Assembly (NCBI GenBank): GCA_024679065.1
Contig: JAGIQG010000010.1
Coordinates: forward strand, 62,558,001-62,622,000
Origin: Sphyrna mokarran
Lineage: Eukaryota
Direction: 5' to 3'
Length of the DNA: 64,000 nucleotides
The position numbers and the translations under genes were made by a program. Of the stretch, positions 1 through 13,491 are shown piece by piece. Under the pieces are notes generated by a model, which was not told where the DNA came from, did no database searches, and worked only from the letters and a program-made list of their open reading frames with translations. Each line of letters starts with the position of its first letter. Position 1 is the stretch's first letter.

Positions 1-1469
1 GGATGAGTTACTCACCTCCCAAGTGCTAGAGCGCTTTGATCAGGCACCAAGTGACTTTGATCAAGAGAACCTCACCCCCAGGGGGCCCAAAGCACAGTTT
101 GATTGTCTTACTGTAGGCATTGCAATCTCCCCTCCCAACCCATGGGTTAAAATGCATGGTGGCAGTATGAGGCCCTGAAGTGGGCATTAATTGGTGACTT
201 GGGGGCCTCACTTAGCAGCAGGACAGAAAAGCCATCCAAAGGTCATCCTGTTACTGATTTAATCAGGGTGGAAGCTGTTGGAGATTCCCATCTACTATCA
301 TCCTATCTGATTAAATGTACACTCCCACCACTAAGTGTGTCACAATAAGGGCAGTAGATTCTGGCTGTAGCCAGCCTGCTTTTGGTGTTCCAATCCAGAA
401 AGAGAGGACAACTTTGAAGCTCCACCTTGCTAAAGCTGCTTTACCATCAGCTTGAAAGCAGTCCTCTGGTTTTTTTTTGTCTTCATTGTGGGAATCAGGA
501 AAATGGATGGGTATTCAGAATGCTGTGAGACCAAATTGGAGCAGAAATAAATTCCACAATCTTACTTGCCCAATTAATGAATGAATTAATATAATCAACA
601 TTAGTAAATGTAAACACATTGGAAATTTGTAGTCTGGGCAAGATTTCAGACTTAGCATATTGTAAGTAATACGATAATTTTATGAATGTTCAAATGCAAT
701 GATTGACATGGCAACTTACAAATTCTCTTCCTGTTTCATATCCCAACGGAGAAAGTTAGACAGCTCCTCTAGTGTTGCCCCAATAAAGTAGGTTACAGTA
801 TTGCAGTGGTTTATGGATTTTTCCTTCCTTTTTGTGAGAAAACCTGCCACACAGTACTAATACCTATTAACACGTTAGAGGCAGAATTTCCCAGATGGAC
901 GAATCATGTGTACATGCTACTCCAAGACAATCCTGGAGTTTCCTGTTGTGCAGGTTCATCATTGCAAGTCTGCAATGACTCGGATGCAGTTTCCTGCTGT
1001 AAGGTTCTCTATCTTTTGCAGGCCCACTCTGACAAGTTCCAACCAATGACCAGGAGCTCTCTTCCACCTCTTTTAGGCAACAACTCGTGTTTTCAATTAT
1101 TGAAGCTGTTTAAGTCTTGAGTTGAGCCAAAGCCGAAACAAAAAGTGCAATTTTTAAATCTGAGATGAATAAGAAATTGCATCATCTGCCTCCAGAAGCA
1201 TTTTTACTTTAAAAGAGCCTAAGTTCTATGGTAAGCTCTCTCCAAAACAATGGTGGTATTAGCAATGGAAAGGCAAGAAAATCAAGCTGGCTTCAAGCCC
1301 TCGTGCCATCATTACATGCAATAGGATAGTCAAAGGGTCTCTTTTGCTACGTAGGGGGGAAAATCCACAGTGGTGTTGGTGGGGAAGTGACAGAAAGCCT
1401 TGCTGCACACTATCAACCACGATGCAATCTGGCAATATGAAGGGGAAAATCCAAGCCATGCTGTTACTT

Positions 1470-1735
1470 GGGGCACGGTTTAAAAATAACGGATTCCCAT
1501 TTAAGACTAAAATGAGAAGAAGTTTGTTCAGAGGACTATTAGTCTTTGGAATTCTATTCTGCAGAAAACAGTGAAGGAGTTATCATTGAATATATTTAAC
1601 ATTGAGTTCGACATATTTTTAATCAACAAAGGAGTTAAACATTATGGGGTTTGGCAGGTAGGAAACTGAAGTTATGGCCACAGTCAGAGGAACCATGATC
1701 CAATTGAAGGCGGAGTTGGCTGAAGGGACTGAAAG
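1470..1735 (+). mobile_element. Decayed CR1/HER1-type LINE 3' fragment
   Basis: ggggcacggtttaaaaataacggattcccatttaagactaaaatgagaagaagtttgttcagagg resembles the CR1 ORF2 C-terminus (RGH.FK...F.T..RR.FF.QRV); CR1-like 3' UTR follows (gccacagtcag...ccatgatc...gaaggcggag). Confidence 0.75.
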
Positions 1736-2398
1736 AAAGAGGAGCCAGAGTAAGCCTTATGCTATTATTTGATATAGTGCCACTATTTAACATAACTAAA
1801 TTTGACTTACAAAAGTGGAAACTGTAACAAAAGTTTCAGGCAGCTAAGTTGTTGCTCCTCATAGTGCATGAGAGGCCCACCTGTGTGAGCTGCTGGGAAC
1901 TATTTCCCACTATTTGTATTGTTTTCACTTGTTTGTAAAATTTCCTGCCTGTGTTATTGGATTAAAAGGAGAGATTCTGGAAATGCACAGCAAGTGAAAT
2001 AGTAAAATAAGCTCATTGTCAAGGTGGGGCCTTTCATCACAACCCCTTCAGCTTTCTGTACCTGAGTCAAACTTCCAGTTTTCTTTAATTAGATTCGAGC
2101 GAACTTCAGACTATTGCCTGCATTTTTTTTATTTCAGTTTCCCAACAATTCCAGTTTTCTCTTTGTTTTATATGGGGCTCCGGCTCTTTCATTGACCGAC
2201 AATTGTTTGTCATTTATTAGATTGCTTATTGGGATACAACATTAATCCAAATAGTGTGGTGGTCATCCTGTTTCTGTCCTACTAGAACTGACTGACCCCA
2301 ATTCAATTTCCTTTTGTGACAGAATGATAAAGGAAGTAACTAATTGCTATTTTGTGGTGTTGTCTGATTACCTAATATTTTAAATTATTTTTCTTCAG

Positions 2399-2490
2399 CC
2401 CCATGCCAGTATCAACTACATTTCAACATTTCTGTTGAAGCAACACCAAATCCATACTTTAATATTAATCAAAGCATCAAGTTTGAAATG
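2399..2490 (+). CDS. Weak candidate internal exon of an unidentified gene (xPCQYQLHFNISVEATPNPYFNINQSIKFEM)
   Basis: Strong acceptor (cctaatattttaaattatttttcttcag) and an open frame in phase 1. The donor is uncertain: ATG|gtgata at 2491 or CAT|gtatga at 2532. Confidence 0.25.
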
Positions 2491-2569
2491 GTGATATTCA
2501 ATTCCATATCTGGATATTTGAATATCCTCATGTATGATGTCTGCTAGATACAGCTCACCGTGGCACATG

Positions 2570-2895
2570 ACCTAGAGTCATTCAGGTCAGCAAAATCCCA
2601 GATTTGATCTCCAGCCTATGTGAAGTTAGCCAATCTGAGCTGGGCCAGTAATTTGTCGAAACAGTTGACCTTAGAGGATCACTAAGCTACATTGGAGGAT
2701 CATATAGCTATATTTCAAGCTCTGTGATCCATGCACCATGTTTCCCCTGCCCCCAGAAAGGGGACTTGACAACGCACTCCATGGTTCCACAATATGCTGG
2801 CAATCACTGTTCATTCAGTAAAATAGTCATCTGTGGGTGGCTAACATCCATGGAACCTTATCACAGCAAAAATAAAAATCAGCACTTTCAGGAAT
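2570..2895 (+). mobile_element. Old tRNA-derived shark SINE, decayed
   Basis: tcccagatttgatctccagcctatgtgaagttagccaatctgagctggg...ccatggaaccttatcacagca...tcagcactttcagga matches a common chondrichthyan SINE as I recall it; a related piece lies at ~12420-12610. Confidence 0.55.
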
Positions 2896-3599
2896 AAAAT
2901 TAAGGAAAAGATTATATTTTTAATAACATATCTTTATGGAGATTAAAATGCTTTATGAGGGCATTCACTTCGCAGCAAAACGTGTGTTGAAACATGAGCT
3001 GTTTAGTAGGTTTTCTCCATACTAAAAGTAATATGCAGTGTCATCTTTGGAAGCTCTTTATTTGTACAGGATAATTAAGTCAGGGCACTCATTCATCAGG
3101 ACATGTTCATTCGTTGAAAACAGTCACTTGTTATTAATTGATGTGATAGCAATACTGAGGTAAAATTAATGTGCATTCAACAGAGGTCAGGCTGGCAGTA
3201 GTGGGTAGCTATCAAATAGCAAGACGTAAGATAAATAGTAGCTGTAGTGCCATGATTACACAAGATAACGGGAAAATATTAAGCTACACTTTGGGTGTTA
3301 TCTACCTTTAGTGGCAAGGTTTTAAAAAATTAAACTCGACATAATTATGTAACTGGTGCACATCTGTTATAACTATGAGTTGTTTTTTATTGTATTATCA
3401 TATTCAGTATTTTTCTACGATCCCTTTAGTGTTGTGTTTATGGAAAATACTTTCTGGAATTTGGATTATATTTTAACATTTTGGTCATTTATGCTCTTTC
3501 AACCTCCGACCTGTCTTCAGTGTGCTAAGCTTATTTGACGATGCCAAGCTGTTCTCTGTACCCTATGAGTTGGTAATATGCTTCCATCTCTCATTTAGG

Positions 3600-4110
3600 C
3601 AGACACCAGAGGCAAAGAATACACCAGGGCAACAAATTCTGTCTGCCTTGAACAGGCTGTAATGAATTGCTCTTTCAGCAGTGGGGCAGATAAATTTTTC
3701 TTTTATCCTTAGTCCAGCAATGAGGAATTCTGTCTCCACACCTGTTTAATAATGACCATGGAAATAAATTTATCTATGTACGCCTGTTTACGGGTCGCTG
3801 CAGAAACACGTAGCATGCTACATTTTGCAGGGCTGCTGTACATAATGATGGTAATTGATGTTTGGAACAGCCAGTTTTCGGTAGCACAGGGTCTGCTTCT
3901 CCCAGTGAGGCCATGATCTGTGTTATCAGTCCAGCCCATAATTAAATATCTCTCCTTTACAATATGCTTCAGGTTCCTTAATGAGTCTGAACCAGAAACA
4001 GTCACCTCTTTCCCCTTAGAGCTTTATTTGCTAGTTATTAAACAATATTATTGAGCTGACAGTATTCTCAGCTGTGTTGCTGTATCCATATCATATCTGT
4101 TTTATAATTG
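3600..4110. promoter_or_regulatory. Candidate conserved non-coding element / enhancer
   Basis: Repeat-free, complex sequence with retained CpGs, forkhead-like tgtttac/tgtttaa and homeodomain taat motifs. Conservation is inferred, not tested. Confidence 0.35.
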
Positions 4111-5854
4111 TGCAATTAGTGGTAGTGCTTGCTTTCATACCTCGGTAAAACCTTTTAGTAAAACTAAAGGCCATCGTAATTCCATTAGATGAAAAGATTT
4201 TGCCAAATATAGAAAGAAGCTTTCTGTGGTTGTATTTCCATAAAAGAACCCCCCCCCCCACCCCCCACCCTCAACTGTAATCCTGTGACTTTCGTCATGA
4301 CCTTGTGCTGTGTTGTTAAGGGTCCAATTTGCTCATTGTTCCCATGCTTGCATAATTCCCAACCCCCCATACACACAGACATGCACATAGACCAAATCTT
4401 TGCCGTCAAATCTGTTCATTTAAATTCTGTGGGTAAATGCTATTCATTTGAAGTGACCATGCTGTATGGTTATAATAATTCCACCTAACTGCTTTCCATA
4501 ATTTTTCTCTCCCAATCTGGCGTAAGCAGTGTATTAAGTTTGCTGTGGGAAAAATCCTTTTACATTCTGCTATGTCACTTTTGCTCACGAGTTGCAGGCT
4601 TGTTGCAGATTGGCCCTTTTTTTCGCTTGTAGGTTGCTACGGAGAAGATTTACAATGCCGGTTATTCACACATCTGCCTTCCTTTTTTTCCCCTCTCATT
4701 GTGAGGTCCCTTGGGTGAAGGCAACCTTGATACCCAGACTCGTAAAATTCATGCAGGCCCATCGGCCTAACATTGCTGCCGTTTTCAGGCACTCATTACC
4801 TTAACCAGCTGCTCAGCCATTCACCCATCAAGGCATGATGGGACCAGAAACAAGCATGTAACCTGACAAATGCATCTGTCTTGGTGATTCTGATGAAAAT
4901 ATCAAAAATGGGCAAATTTCATTTGATTATATTTTAAAATCATCATAAAAAAGTTTCAAATTAGGGCTCCTTTCTTCCAAAGAATCAAATGCTTAATTAC
5001 TTCAGTAATGTCACCTGAACTGGGAGAGTGCAATTGGGATTGCTACATATCAATTTAGAATGTAATACTCTGTAACTCTGTCATTAGGGAAAACATAAAC
5101 TTCATTGCAATTTTTAAAATTTAATTGACAATTATTTAGACAGATGAAAATAGTTCATTAATGCATTGTTTAAAGGAAAGTCTTTATCGTGAAACTTGAA
5201 ACTTTGTCCACAGTAACAGTATTGCTTATGCATTTCAGACAGTAAATCACTATAATGTTGAAATATAATCAGTACCTGTCAGGCTTTAGAGAGTTATTTG
5301 AGGTGGCAAGTAGTAAATGTCCTTAACTGCAGTAACATTGCTAATTATTGCTTTGCTGAACCAAAAAGATTAACTCAACCTACAAAAGACTTAAGCAAGA
5401 AAGCACACTAAATTTGTGAGGACTGTAACCAAAGTGAAAGAGGAAGGTTGATTAAGAAGTTGTTGGACAAGTATAGTTTGATTTCCAGATAGGTGGAACA
5501 TGGTAAGGATGACATGTAAATCACAAAGAGGCTGGTTTGATAATATTTCTGTGCATTGTTTTGGTCAACACTAGTATAACTAAATTTGTGGCAGAGTATA
5601 AACTTCCGTGTCCTGTCTGTTGCTTGAGAACTAATCAAGATGACCATTTTCAAACCTTAGAAACCCAGAATAACCTTTAGTGGATAATTTACAGTTGCTT
5701 TATTTTAATTTCCTGATTCCACCCACCCCACCTCCCCTGCACCCACTCCTATTCCGGACCCGATGTTTGATTGCAATTACTTCTGGAAACATTTCCTCCA
5801 TTCCAAGCAACAGCATCTCCAAAGCAAAAACTGTGAACAATTTGTTTGACAGTG

Positions 5855-6190
5855 TGACTATGAGCAGTTCAGTGGTTAGCCCTGCTGCCTCACAGCGCCA
5901 AGGACCCAGGTTTCAATTCCTTGCTTGGATCTCTATGAGTGTGGAGTTTGCACTTTCTCCCTGAGTCTGCATGGGTTTCCTTCAAGTGCTCCAGTTTCCT
6001 CTCTCAGTCCAGAGATGTGCAAGTCAGGTTGATTGACCATGCTAAATTGCCACCTCGTGTCAGGGGGACTAGCAGGGTAAAAATGTGGTGCTAGGGGATA
6101 GGGCTTGGGTGAGATTGTGGTTGGTGTGGTGAATAGGCTATATTGCCTCCTTCCACACTGTGGGCATTCTATGATTCTCTATTCCATTGA
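5855..6190 (+). mobile_element. HE1-type tRNA SINE
   Basis: tRNA-like head (cagtggttagccctgctgcctcacagcgccaaggacccaggtttcaattcc), V-domain core (gtgtggagtttgcactttctccc...gggtttcc) and CR1-like tail ending attctatgattct. Confidence 0.9.
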
Positions 6191-6415
6191 TTTATCAGTC
6201 TTAGTGCATTTGATACAAAAGCTTTCAACATAAACTTCAAAACTAATTAATTAAAAGCGGGGACCTATTTAAATGTTCTATTGCATAGGTTGGTAGCAGT
6301 CATTCTCAACCAAATATAAGGCAGTGTAATTGCATGTGGAGATCTCCTGCACTGGTCATGGAAAGGTCCATTTCCAATGGAGTTAACAACATATTAATGT
6401 ACTTGGCTCCTCCAG

Positions 6416-6495
6416 TACCAGTTAGTAGGCACACAATACGTAGAATGCCTGATTGTTGGGAGTGATAATGTGGCTGTATTTATCCAGGGCTTTGG
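6416..6495 (+). CDS. Candidate 80-nt internal exon of an unidentified gene (YQLVGTQYVECLIVGSDNVAVFIQGFG)
   Basis: Acceptor tattaatgtacttggctcctccag and consensus donor GG|gtaagt. Open in phase 0, ends phase 2, lies in non-repetitive context. Confidence 0.45.
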
Positions 6496-7440
6496 GTAAG
6501 TAGTTTGAGTAGTTTATGGATATCATTTGAACTCTGAAATTATAATTTGCCTTGTTACTCATAATCTATTATTTCTGTAATGTGCAATGAAACTGCACTA
6601 GCCGTTACAGATGATGTTCAAATGTGAACAAACGTGCAGCATGTCCATCAGTGTCTGAAAGAGAAAGGGAACCTTGGATGGGTCCTTCATCAGACTTAGT
6701 AGAGGACCTAAGTCATTACCTTATGCTTTCTATTTGGTTGAAAAAGTTTTGAGAAGTTAGTGTGCTGTTATTACTGTCAGATAATTGTGTCACATCATTC
6801 ACTACAGGAAATAAAATACAAGACCAGATATAATTTACCATGTGTTCCAGGGAAGTAACAGAGTAAGGGGTTAACCAAGTTATTAAAAGTCATTGTAATC
6901 CAAAAATTTGGCACTGTTTTGATGCATGCACTGAACTGAAATTGAATTGTTCCTTATGATATATGGAAATATAGTGCTCCCTTACATTGTTCTGTATCCA
7001 ACCTTTCTTTCTTGCTTGTGTGTGTCACGGATAGCAGCAGATTTATGGTTCTTGCTTATATACCACATGGCTAAACCAGCAGAGCTATTGAGGTTTATTT
7101 TGTTGTTTCATAACTTGGCAGGCAGTATGTAGTTGTTGAGAGGAATTAATAGTTCAAGACTGTGAGTATTATTGTCTGACTGTGAACTGCATCTAAGTGT
7201 GAGCAAACACGAGTCCTACCGGTTAGTAAATTACAAAACACAATGTGTGTAACAAATTTACAATTAATGGTGATCCTGGTAAGCATGTCCAAACATTCAT
7301 CATCACTGTTTGGAAACTTAATATGCTAATACATTAGTAAATGCTCTTCTTTCAACTCGCCTCTAAGTTGTATCATTGAAATCAAGTCTGTGATAAAAGC
7401 TGGTGGCATTGTTCATTTGCAAACAAATATTGTTAATAAA

Positions 7441-8423
7441 TGGGGACAATTTCCCCAAAAGAATTCGAAGTGTCAAATTGTGTAAAAACTGGAGTAAATA
7501 CTGCTGGTTTTTTCAGCGGGAGTTTCAAAATGAACCTTCCACACTCTTGTGCACTGCAGAGTGTCCAAGTGTGAATCACACTGAAAATCAGTGGAAGGGG
7601 TCTATTCCCGCTGGATTTGGCAGCATTAGTGCTGAGCGGGCCTCTGTGCATGCACCGATCTGTCAGTGTCAAGATTGCGCATGCATAGTAGCTCCAAACT
7701 GCCAGCCTCCTGATCGCTGGCCAGCTCGACCACTAGCCAATCCTGTGATCCTTGCAATAGCCTTGCACTACCAATGCCCCCCCGCCCCAATGACTAGCCC
7801 CGATCACTGACCTCCCTCCTTCTGTTACCCAGCCAAACTGTGGAGTGGTAGTGGGACACCGCCCCCCCCCCGCCCCGCCCCCCACCTCCATCGATCAACT
7901 CTTAGAGGCCACCAATCACATGTCCCCCCCCAAGCCCCATCCCTATTAGGTCCCACCCCCTTGTCACTGCCCAGTGTCCAGTGAGCAGTGCCAATGTGCC
8001 CCTTTGGGCATTGTCATTTTGCCCCTTTGGCAGAGCCAGGCACTGCCAAGCTGACAATGCCGAAAGGATAGCCCTCTTTATCCCCATTCCAGAAGGATCA
8101 GGCCGCCAGCTTCTAGCAAGTGGGGAGCTATTATAAACTCTGCTGTAATGGAACAATACTAGTAGTGGTGGAGAAATTAACGGGCCCTGAGATTTCAGTC
8201 CCTGGTCCACTAATTATGTGGAAATGATGTCACCATGAGCATTTAAATAAATTATACAGTTCTGCATCAATTTCTGGTACTGAGTCAATAGCGCCAGAGA
8301 TCCGGCCCCTGGAGAATTGTGGATGCTGTAGCGCCCACCAGGAAACCCACTGAACGTCCTCTATTTGAGTCTCCCAGCCCATTGCTCTGCATTTGCAGTG
8401 CAGCGGGCTGGGAGAGTCACCCT
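7441..8423. mobile_element. Non-autonomous DNA transposon / MITE-like element
   Basis: GC-rich island with degenerate inverted ends (ggggacaatttcccc ... gggagagtcaccct), an internal hairpin (tgcatgcaccgatct...agattgcgcatgca) and C-runs. Confidence 0.55.
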
Positions 8424-8809
8424 CGTACTCTTTTAACTATACGACCGTTAATTGTCAGAGTGGCGAATGTAGAATTATATCATATATTGTTATACTGCCA
8501 TGCATATTTCAAACCATGTCTATTTGATAATCACTGTTACCCGTTATACCGTCAACAATGAGGTATTTGATACCTGTTTAAATTTATTTACTATTTTTTA
8601 AATAACGTACATGAATATCTACATAAAACATCCTTCAATTGTCAATATTCAGACATAAAACATTTGTTACTTTTTACTTAATAAAGAACCTTAATTCATT
8701 CTATTCTATGGACAGGTAACTGTAGAATAGGTACATCACAGAAGGCACTTTCTGGCAATGCTGGCTCTCTCATTCTCTCCTCACACCCTTACACATTCAT
8801 CCTTTTCAG

Positions 8810-9480
8810 CTATTTAGAAAATTTAGAAATCATGTGAAAAGATTTACAGCACTAAAAGAGGCCATTCCTGCCCATCATGTCTGTGCCAGCTGAAAAACAA
8901 GTTCTCCGGCCTCATCCTGTTCTCCAGCACTTGATCAATACCATGAAAGTTATCGGACTTCAGGTCTCTATCAAGATATCTTTCAAATGAGATGAGAGTT
9001 ACTACCTCCACCACCTTCAGAGTTAAAAAAACCTCATTTCTGCTCTAATCTCTCTACCAATCACTTCAAACCTGTGCCATCTAGACACTGACCTCTCCAC
9101 TAAGGGGAAACAGTTCTTTCCCATCCACTCTATCTAAGCCTTTCACAACATTGTACATCTCAATCAAATCTCCCTTCACCTCCTCTGCTCCAAGGAGAAC
9201 AATCCCAGCTGGTCCTATTTTCACTCATAGTTGCTGTTTTCCAGTCCTGGTAATACCCTTGTAAATCTCTTCTGCACTCTCTTCTGTATAATTAGTGACG
9301 TGATCAGAACTGCACAAGATACTCACGATATGGCCTAATTAATGTTTTATATAACTCCTGCATAACCTTCCTGCTCTTATATTCTATGCCTTGGCTAATA
9401 AGTGACAGGATTCTATAAGTCTTCTTAACCTTCTTATCAACCCACTTTACTGCCTCCAGAGGTCACTCTAAGATTCTTCA
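8810..9480 (-). mobile_element. CR1/HER1-type LINE 3' fragment
   Basis: Reverse 3' tail (tttacagcactaaaagaggccattcctgcccatcatgtctgtgccagc) followed by antisense ORF2 (ccctt gtaaatctcttctgcactct; tgatcagaactgcacaagatactc). Confidence 0.85.
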
Positions 9481-10671
9481 CATCCTCTAAACTTCTCAAT
9501 AACTCCAAAGTGAAATAGGATGTGTTAAAATGGTTTTGAATAGTAATTCATCCATAACTCTCTCACGTGTTGAAAAAGAGAGTTATTTCACTAGACGTCA
9601 ATAAAAGTTTCAATCATTCATATCCTTTAAAGTATCAACAACAAAATCCACAAACCATTGAAACTATTTAACATTGGGTTAAAAAAAAATGATTTATTTC
9701 ACAGCAGAGATCAGAGAGCCCAAATTTTTAACCAATCAATGTATTCTCTGGGGTGCAGATGTTTTAATATTCTAATGGTTGTCTGTGCTCACAGTCAAGC
9801 ATACATAATCAGGTTTGGGTAAAAGCCAAGACAACAGTAGATTGCTAAAACATCTGTGTCCCAGTAAAAGCAATGCTTGAATAACAGCTTAGACTCTCTT
9901 ATCTCCACTGTCAGTTTTACAATGTTTGTTAATCCAACATTAAATGATTTTAAAGGTTTCCAGTTTCTGTTACAAAAGATGAATGAAACATTTACAGGCT
10001 TGTAGTGAAATGAGATTTTTCAACATAAAAGAAGGTTATGTATCAATTACTTTATTAAAGCAATTTTTTAAATATCCTGTTGTCACTATACAGCTCAAGG
10101 GTTCCACACAATGTAGGTCAATAAGTATGGAAGTACCATAGCTTGGCATGAAAGACCATGGAGATGAATGAGAGGCAGAACCTAGCATAGGAGGCATGAG
10201 ATGCCCTAAGGCTCAGTGGAAGGGCAGATTGTGTCTTATGGCGGCATAATGGATGTAGAGGGTGAGTGGAAGGGTGGAGATTGGTGTCCCCACACCAATC
10301 TGTTGTCTTGGCTTTTACCCAAACCTCATTATGTATGCTTGACTGTGAGCACAGACAACCATTAGAATATTAAAACATCTGCACCCCAGAGAATACATTG
10401 TTTGGTTGAAAATTTGGGCTCTCTGATCTCTGCTGTGAAATAAATCTTTTTTTTTACCCAATGTTAAATAGTTTCAATGGTTTGTGGATTTTGTTGTTGA
10501 TACTTTAAAGGATATGAATGATTGAAACTTTTATTGACTTCTAGTGAAATAACTCCCTTTTTCAACACATGAGAGAGTTATGGATGAATTACTATTCAAA
10601 ACCATTTTAACACATCCCATTTCACTTTGGAGTTATTGAGAAGTTTAGAGGACGTGAAGAATCTTGGAGTG
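9464..10671. repeat. Long inverted repeat: arms 9464-9837 and 10300-10671, ~460-bp spacer
   Basis: The arms are reverse complements with about 11-12 differences over ~373 bp (manual count). Confidence 0.97.
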
Positions 10672-12667
10672 GGATAGGAGGCATGAGTGGAGTCTTTTGA
10701 ATTTACCTCATAAAGAACTCATGCGGACTAGAGTTCGTGACACCTCTGATGGGCTATGAACTGTGACTCCTTAATAAGCTTGCCTGACTCCATTAAAATT
10801 GCAGAGAATTTTAATAGCTATTGCCACAATGAAACCAGCCAAGTTGAGAGTGCCAGATGACAGCTATTGACAGGAACCAGCCCACACCATTTAAAGGCAC
10901 TCCCAAAAATCAGGCAGTCCGGAATGGGGTCAGGAATCCTGCAAGCAAGATTTCCCAGCATTTTTAATGGGCTCCCGAGTCATCTCGACTCAGTGAAAGA
11001 CATTAAACCATGAGATAAAGTAGCAGAATTAGGCTGTTAGACCCTTCAAGTCTACTCCGCCATTCAATCATGGCTTTTAGCCTTCTCAAAATCATTGTCC
11101 CGCCTTTTCCCCCATACCCTTTAAAGGTCTGGACCTATTTTGCCAATGTGGAAACATGATCATACACAGGCGAGGATTCTTTATCAAGTATTAAGGCTTG
11201 AGATAAAGAAAGCACCAACTTTCTCTTTGGACAGTTAGTTTGTATATCATCAATATGGCAGAAAATTGAAAAGGACTTTTCGTTAAGGTTATCAGAGATT
11301 CTAAACAAGGAACTAAATGTCAAGTTGATGGAGAAGGAAATAATAATTGACATTTGTATTCAGTCAAGTTACATCTGGGACCTCTAACAGTGGATTTGCA
11401 AATCTTACATGGAAAGTAAAATTGTTGCAGATATTTAAATCAGATCTAGGTATGATTAGAGCAAGGAAGAATTTCAGCTCTCATGAAAGAAGAATGAGCT
11501 TTGAAGTTTTCCATGACCAAAACAATAAGATCAGTTACTTCTCAAGCACAGATACAACGCTCAAAAGAATAAAAAGACAACAGCATTAAAATCAGAGGAA
11601 AGAATGTAATTTGTTGCTGGGTTCTATAAGTGGCAGTTGTGAGACAGTAGCTAGAGGGACTCCATATGAAAGGAAACCTGTGCAATAGTTAAGATTGATG
11701 AAAAGGCTAAAGAGAGTAGATAAACAGCACACCAATCAGGAATATGAGTAAAGATAATAGGGGGCCATTTTCTAAATTCATGTTACTGGCATGGAACCTC
11801 ACTGCAGGTTATGCCCATCAGGAATTTAAACTTGCAGTTTCCCACTGCATGCCCTCAATGGGCTCAGCTCTCGCCAGTGGGACTGATTTGGAAAATCAGC
11901 TCTGGTACACTATTCAAGCATAGAAGTTGAACTAAAATTGTGGCATTGCTTTCCTGACAATAGATCAGAGTTAAAGAGTAGGAACAAGAAAGATCAAAAG
12001 AAAATCAAAGGAAATGGATAAAAAAAGGAGTCAACTTCTCCCCTTTGACAAGTTTTCATAGCAATGTTTATCTCATCAAGTCCCTAAAAGTTGTAAATTT
12101 CCAATCAGATCGGCTTAGCAAATCTGACATTAGCCAAATGGCATAATTCATTTACACTAATATTGTGAGGTTGGTGTGAAATGTTTTGCTTTCACATTGA
12201 CATAACAGTTATGGTATAAACGCAGCTTAATTCCAGAATAGACAACCTGCCGGCTACCAGGCTACAACAAAGGGAATCTCCAGGAGGAGTCTTCCTCTTT
12301 ATGGGTTAACACTACACAAATTTAATTTTGGTGTGTGATGGAAACTATTTTGTGCTGATGCTGAATCTGCACTGTGCATGCATCTAAAATGTGAAAATAA
12401 CTAATCAAGTCACTGTCCAATAAGCCCAGCTGGAAAGTGAATACATAGTAGAATTGGATTGGTTACTATGCCTTCCATGGTTGAATAGCCTGATTATACA
12501 AGGTCCAGGTTCATATATGATGAACAGTCATTTGTATGAGTTATCAGTAGGTCTTATTGTGTCAGTGAAGTTGTGCCCCAGCACGAGATTATATCTTCAA
12601 GAGAGATGGCATTAAAATCACAGTCTTTCAAGGCATTTGCAAATATGGTACAATAACTTCCCAGATA

Positions 12668-12911
12668 CAGTAAATCCCATTTTAAGTGTCCCCTTTTAAA
12701 GTGGTTTCATTTTAATGTGTTTTTTCATATATCTGGGTCCCATATAAAGTGCAGTATTCCCCATTTTAAAGGGTGGGATCAGTGTGATGCGGCCATCATG
12801 AGTTAAGTCTGGCTTGTGATCAGCGCTGTTTTGTTCTTGCTGTATGTTTGAGTAATATTACTACTTTGCTTTTCGGGTGATCCACCCCCCGCCACCCCCC
12901 ATCTCTCTTTC

Positions 12912-12947
<36 letters not shown>

Positions 12948-13491
12948 GCACACACACACACACACACCATCTCCCACACCCACTCTGGTCCTAAACTAAA
13001 CCTCATATTTAAACTTTTATTAATGTAACTTGTACTAGTGACTGTATGACTCATGTTGAGAAACACTGTGAACTTTGTTCTTCTAAAGAATTCTCCAACG
13101 TACAGGTGCTGTACTGTAAACTTTGTTTTTCATATTGCCAGTTTAACATACAGTATGTATCCGAGGAAATATGGTGGACTTCTGATTTTTAAAGAATGCT
13201 TTGCTATAAAAGTACAGAGATCCTGTGTTTGAGGAACCTGTTGTAAATTTGGTGTTTTAAACAGATCTGTGCTAGGATGAAGCCTGCGGGCAAGGCAGCA
13301 ATTTAGTGCTTCAAACTGTATGGTACAGTGTTTCAATTTTTATATTGATTTTTCTGGGCAAAAACTGTCCTCAGGAACCTAACTCTGGCTTTAACATGGA
13401 TTCCTGTGGGAAACCATGCTTCACTTAAAGATATTTCACTTAAAGTGGCAATTTCAGGAATGCAATCGCCACTTTAAGTGAGGGTTCCCTG
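12668..13491. mobile_element. Tc1/mariner-pogo (Tigger-like) non-autonomous element
   Basis: TA|CAGTAAATCCCATTTTAAGTG at the left end. The right end in reverse complement reads CAGGGAACCCTCACTTAAAGTG. Subterminal ttcacttaaag repeats are present. Confidence 0.65.
12901..12968. repeat. Compound (TC)n(AC)n microsatellite
   Basis: Directly visible. Confidence 0.95.

Noticed and set aside
806-1120. 104-aa ORF with a repeated VSCC motif
   Set aside because: No convincing splice-site pair or recognisable domain; the repeat is just gtttcctg(t/c)tgt twice.
5865-5925. tRNA genes at SINE heads (also ~59780)
   Set aside because: The A/B-box-like heads run directly into SINE bodies and there is no complete cloverleaf.
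6488-6495. 8-nt microexon after tatccag
   Set aside because: The upstream acceptor at 6415 has a better pyrimidine tract and gives an open 80-nt exon to the same donor.
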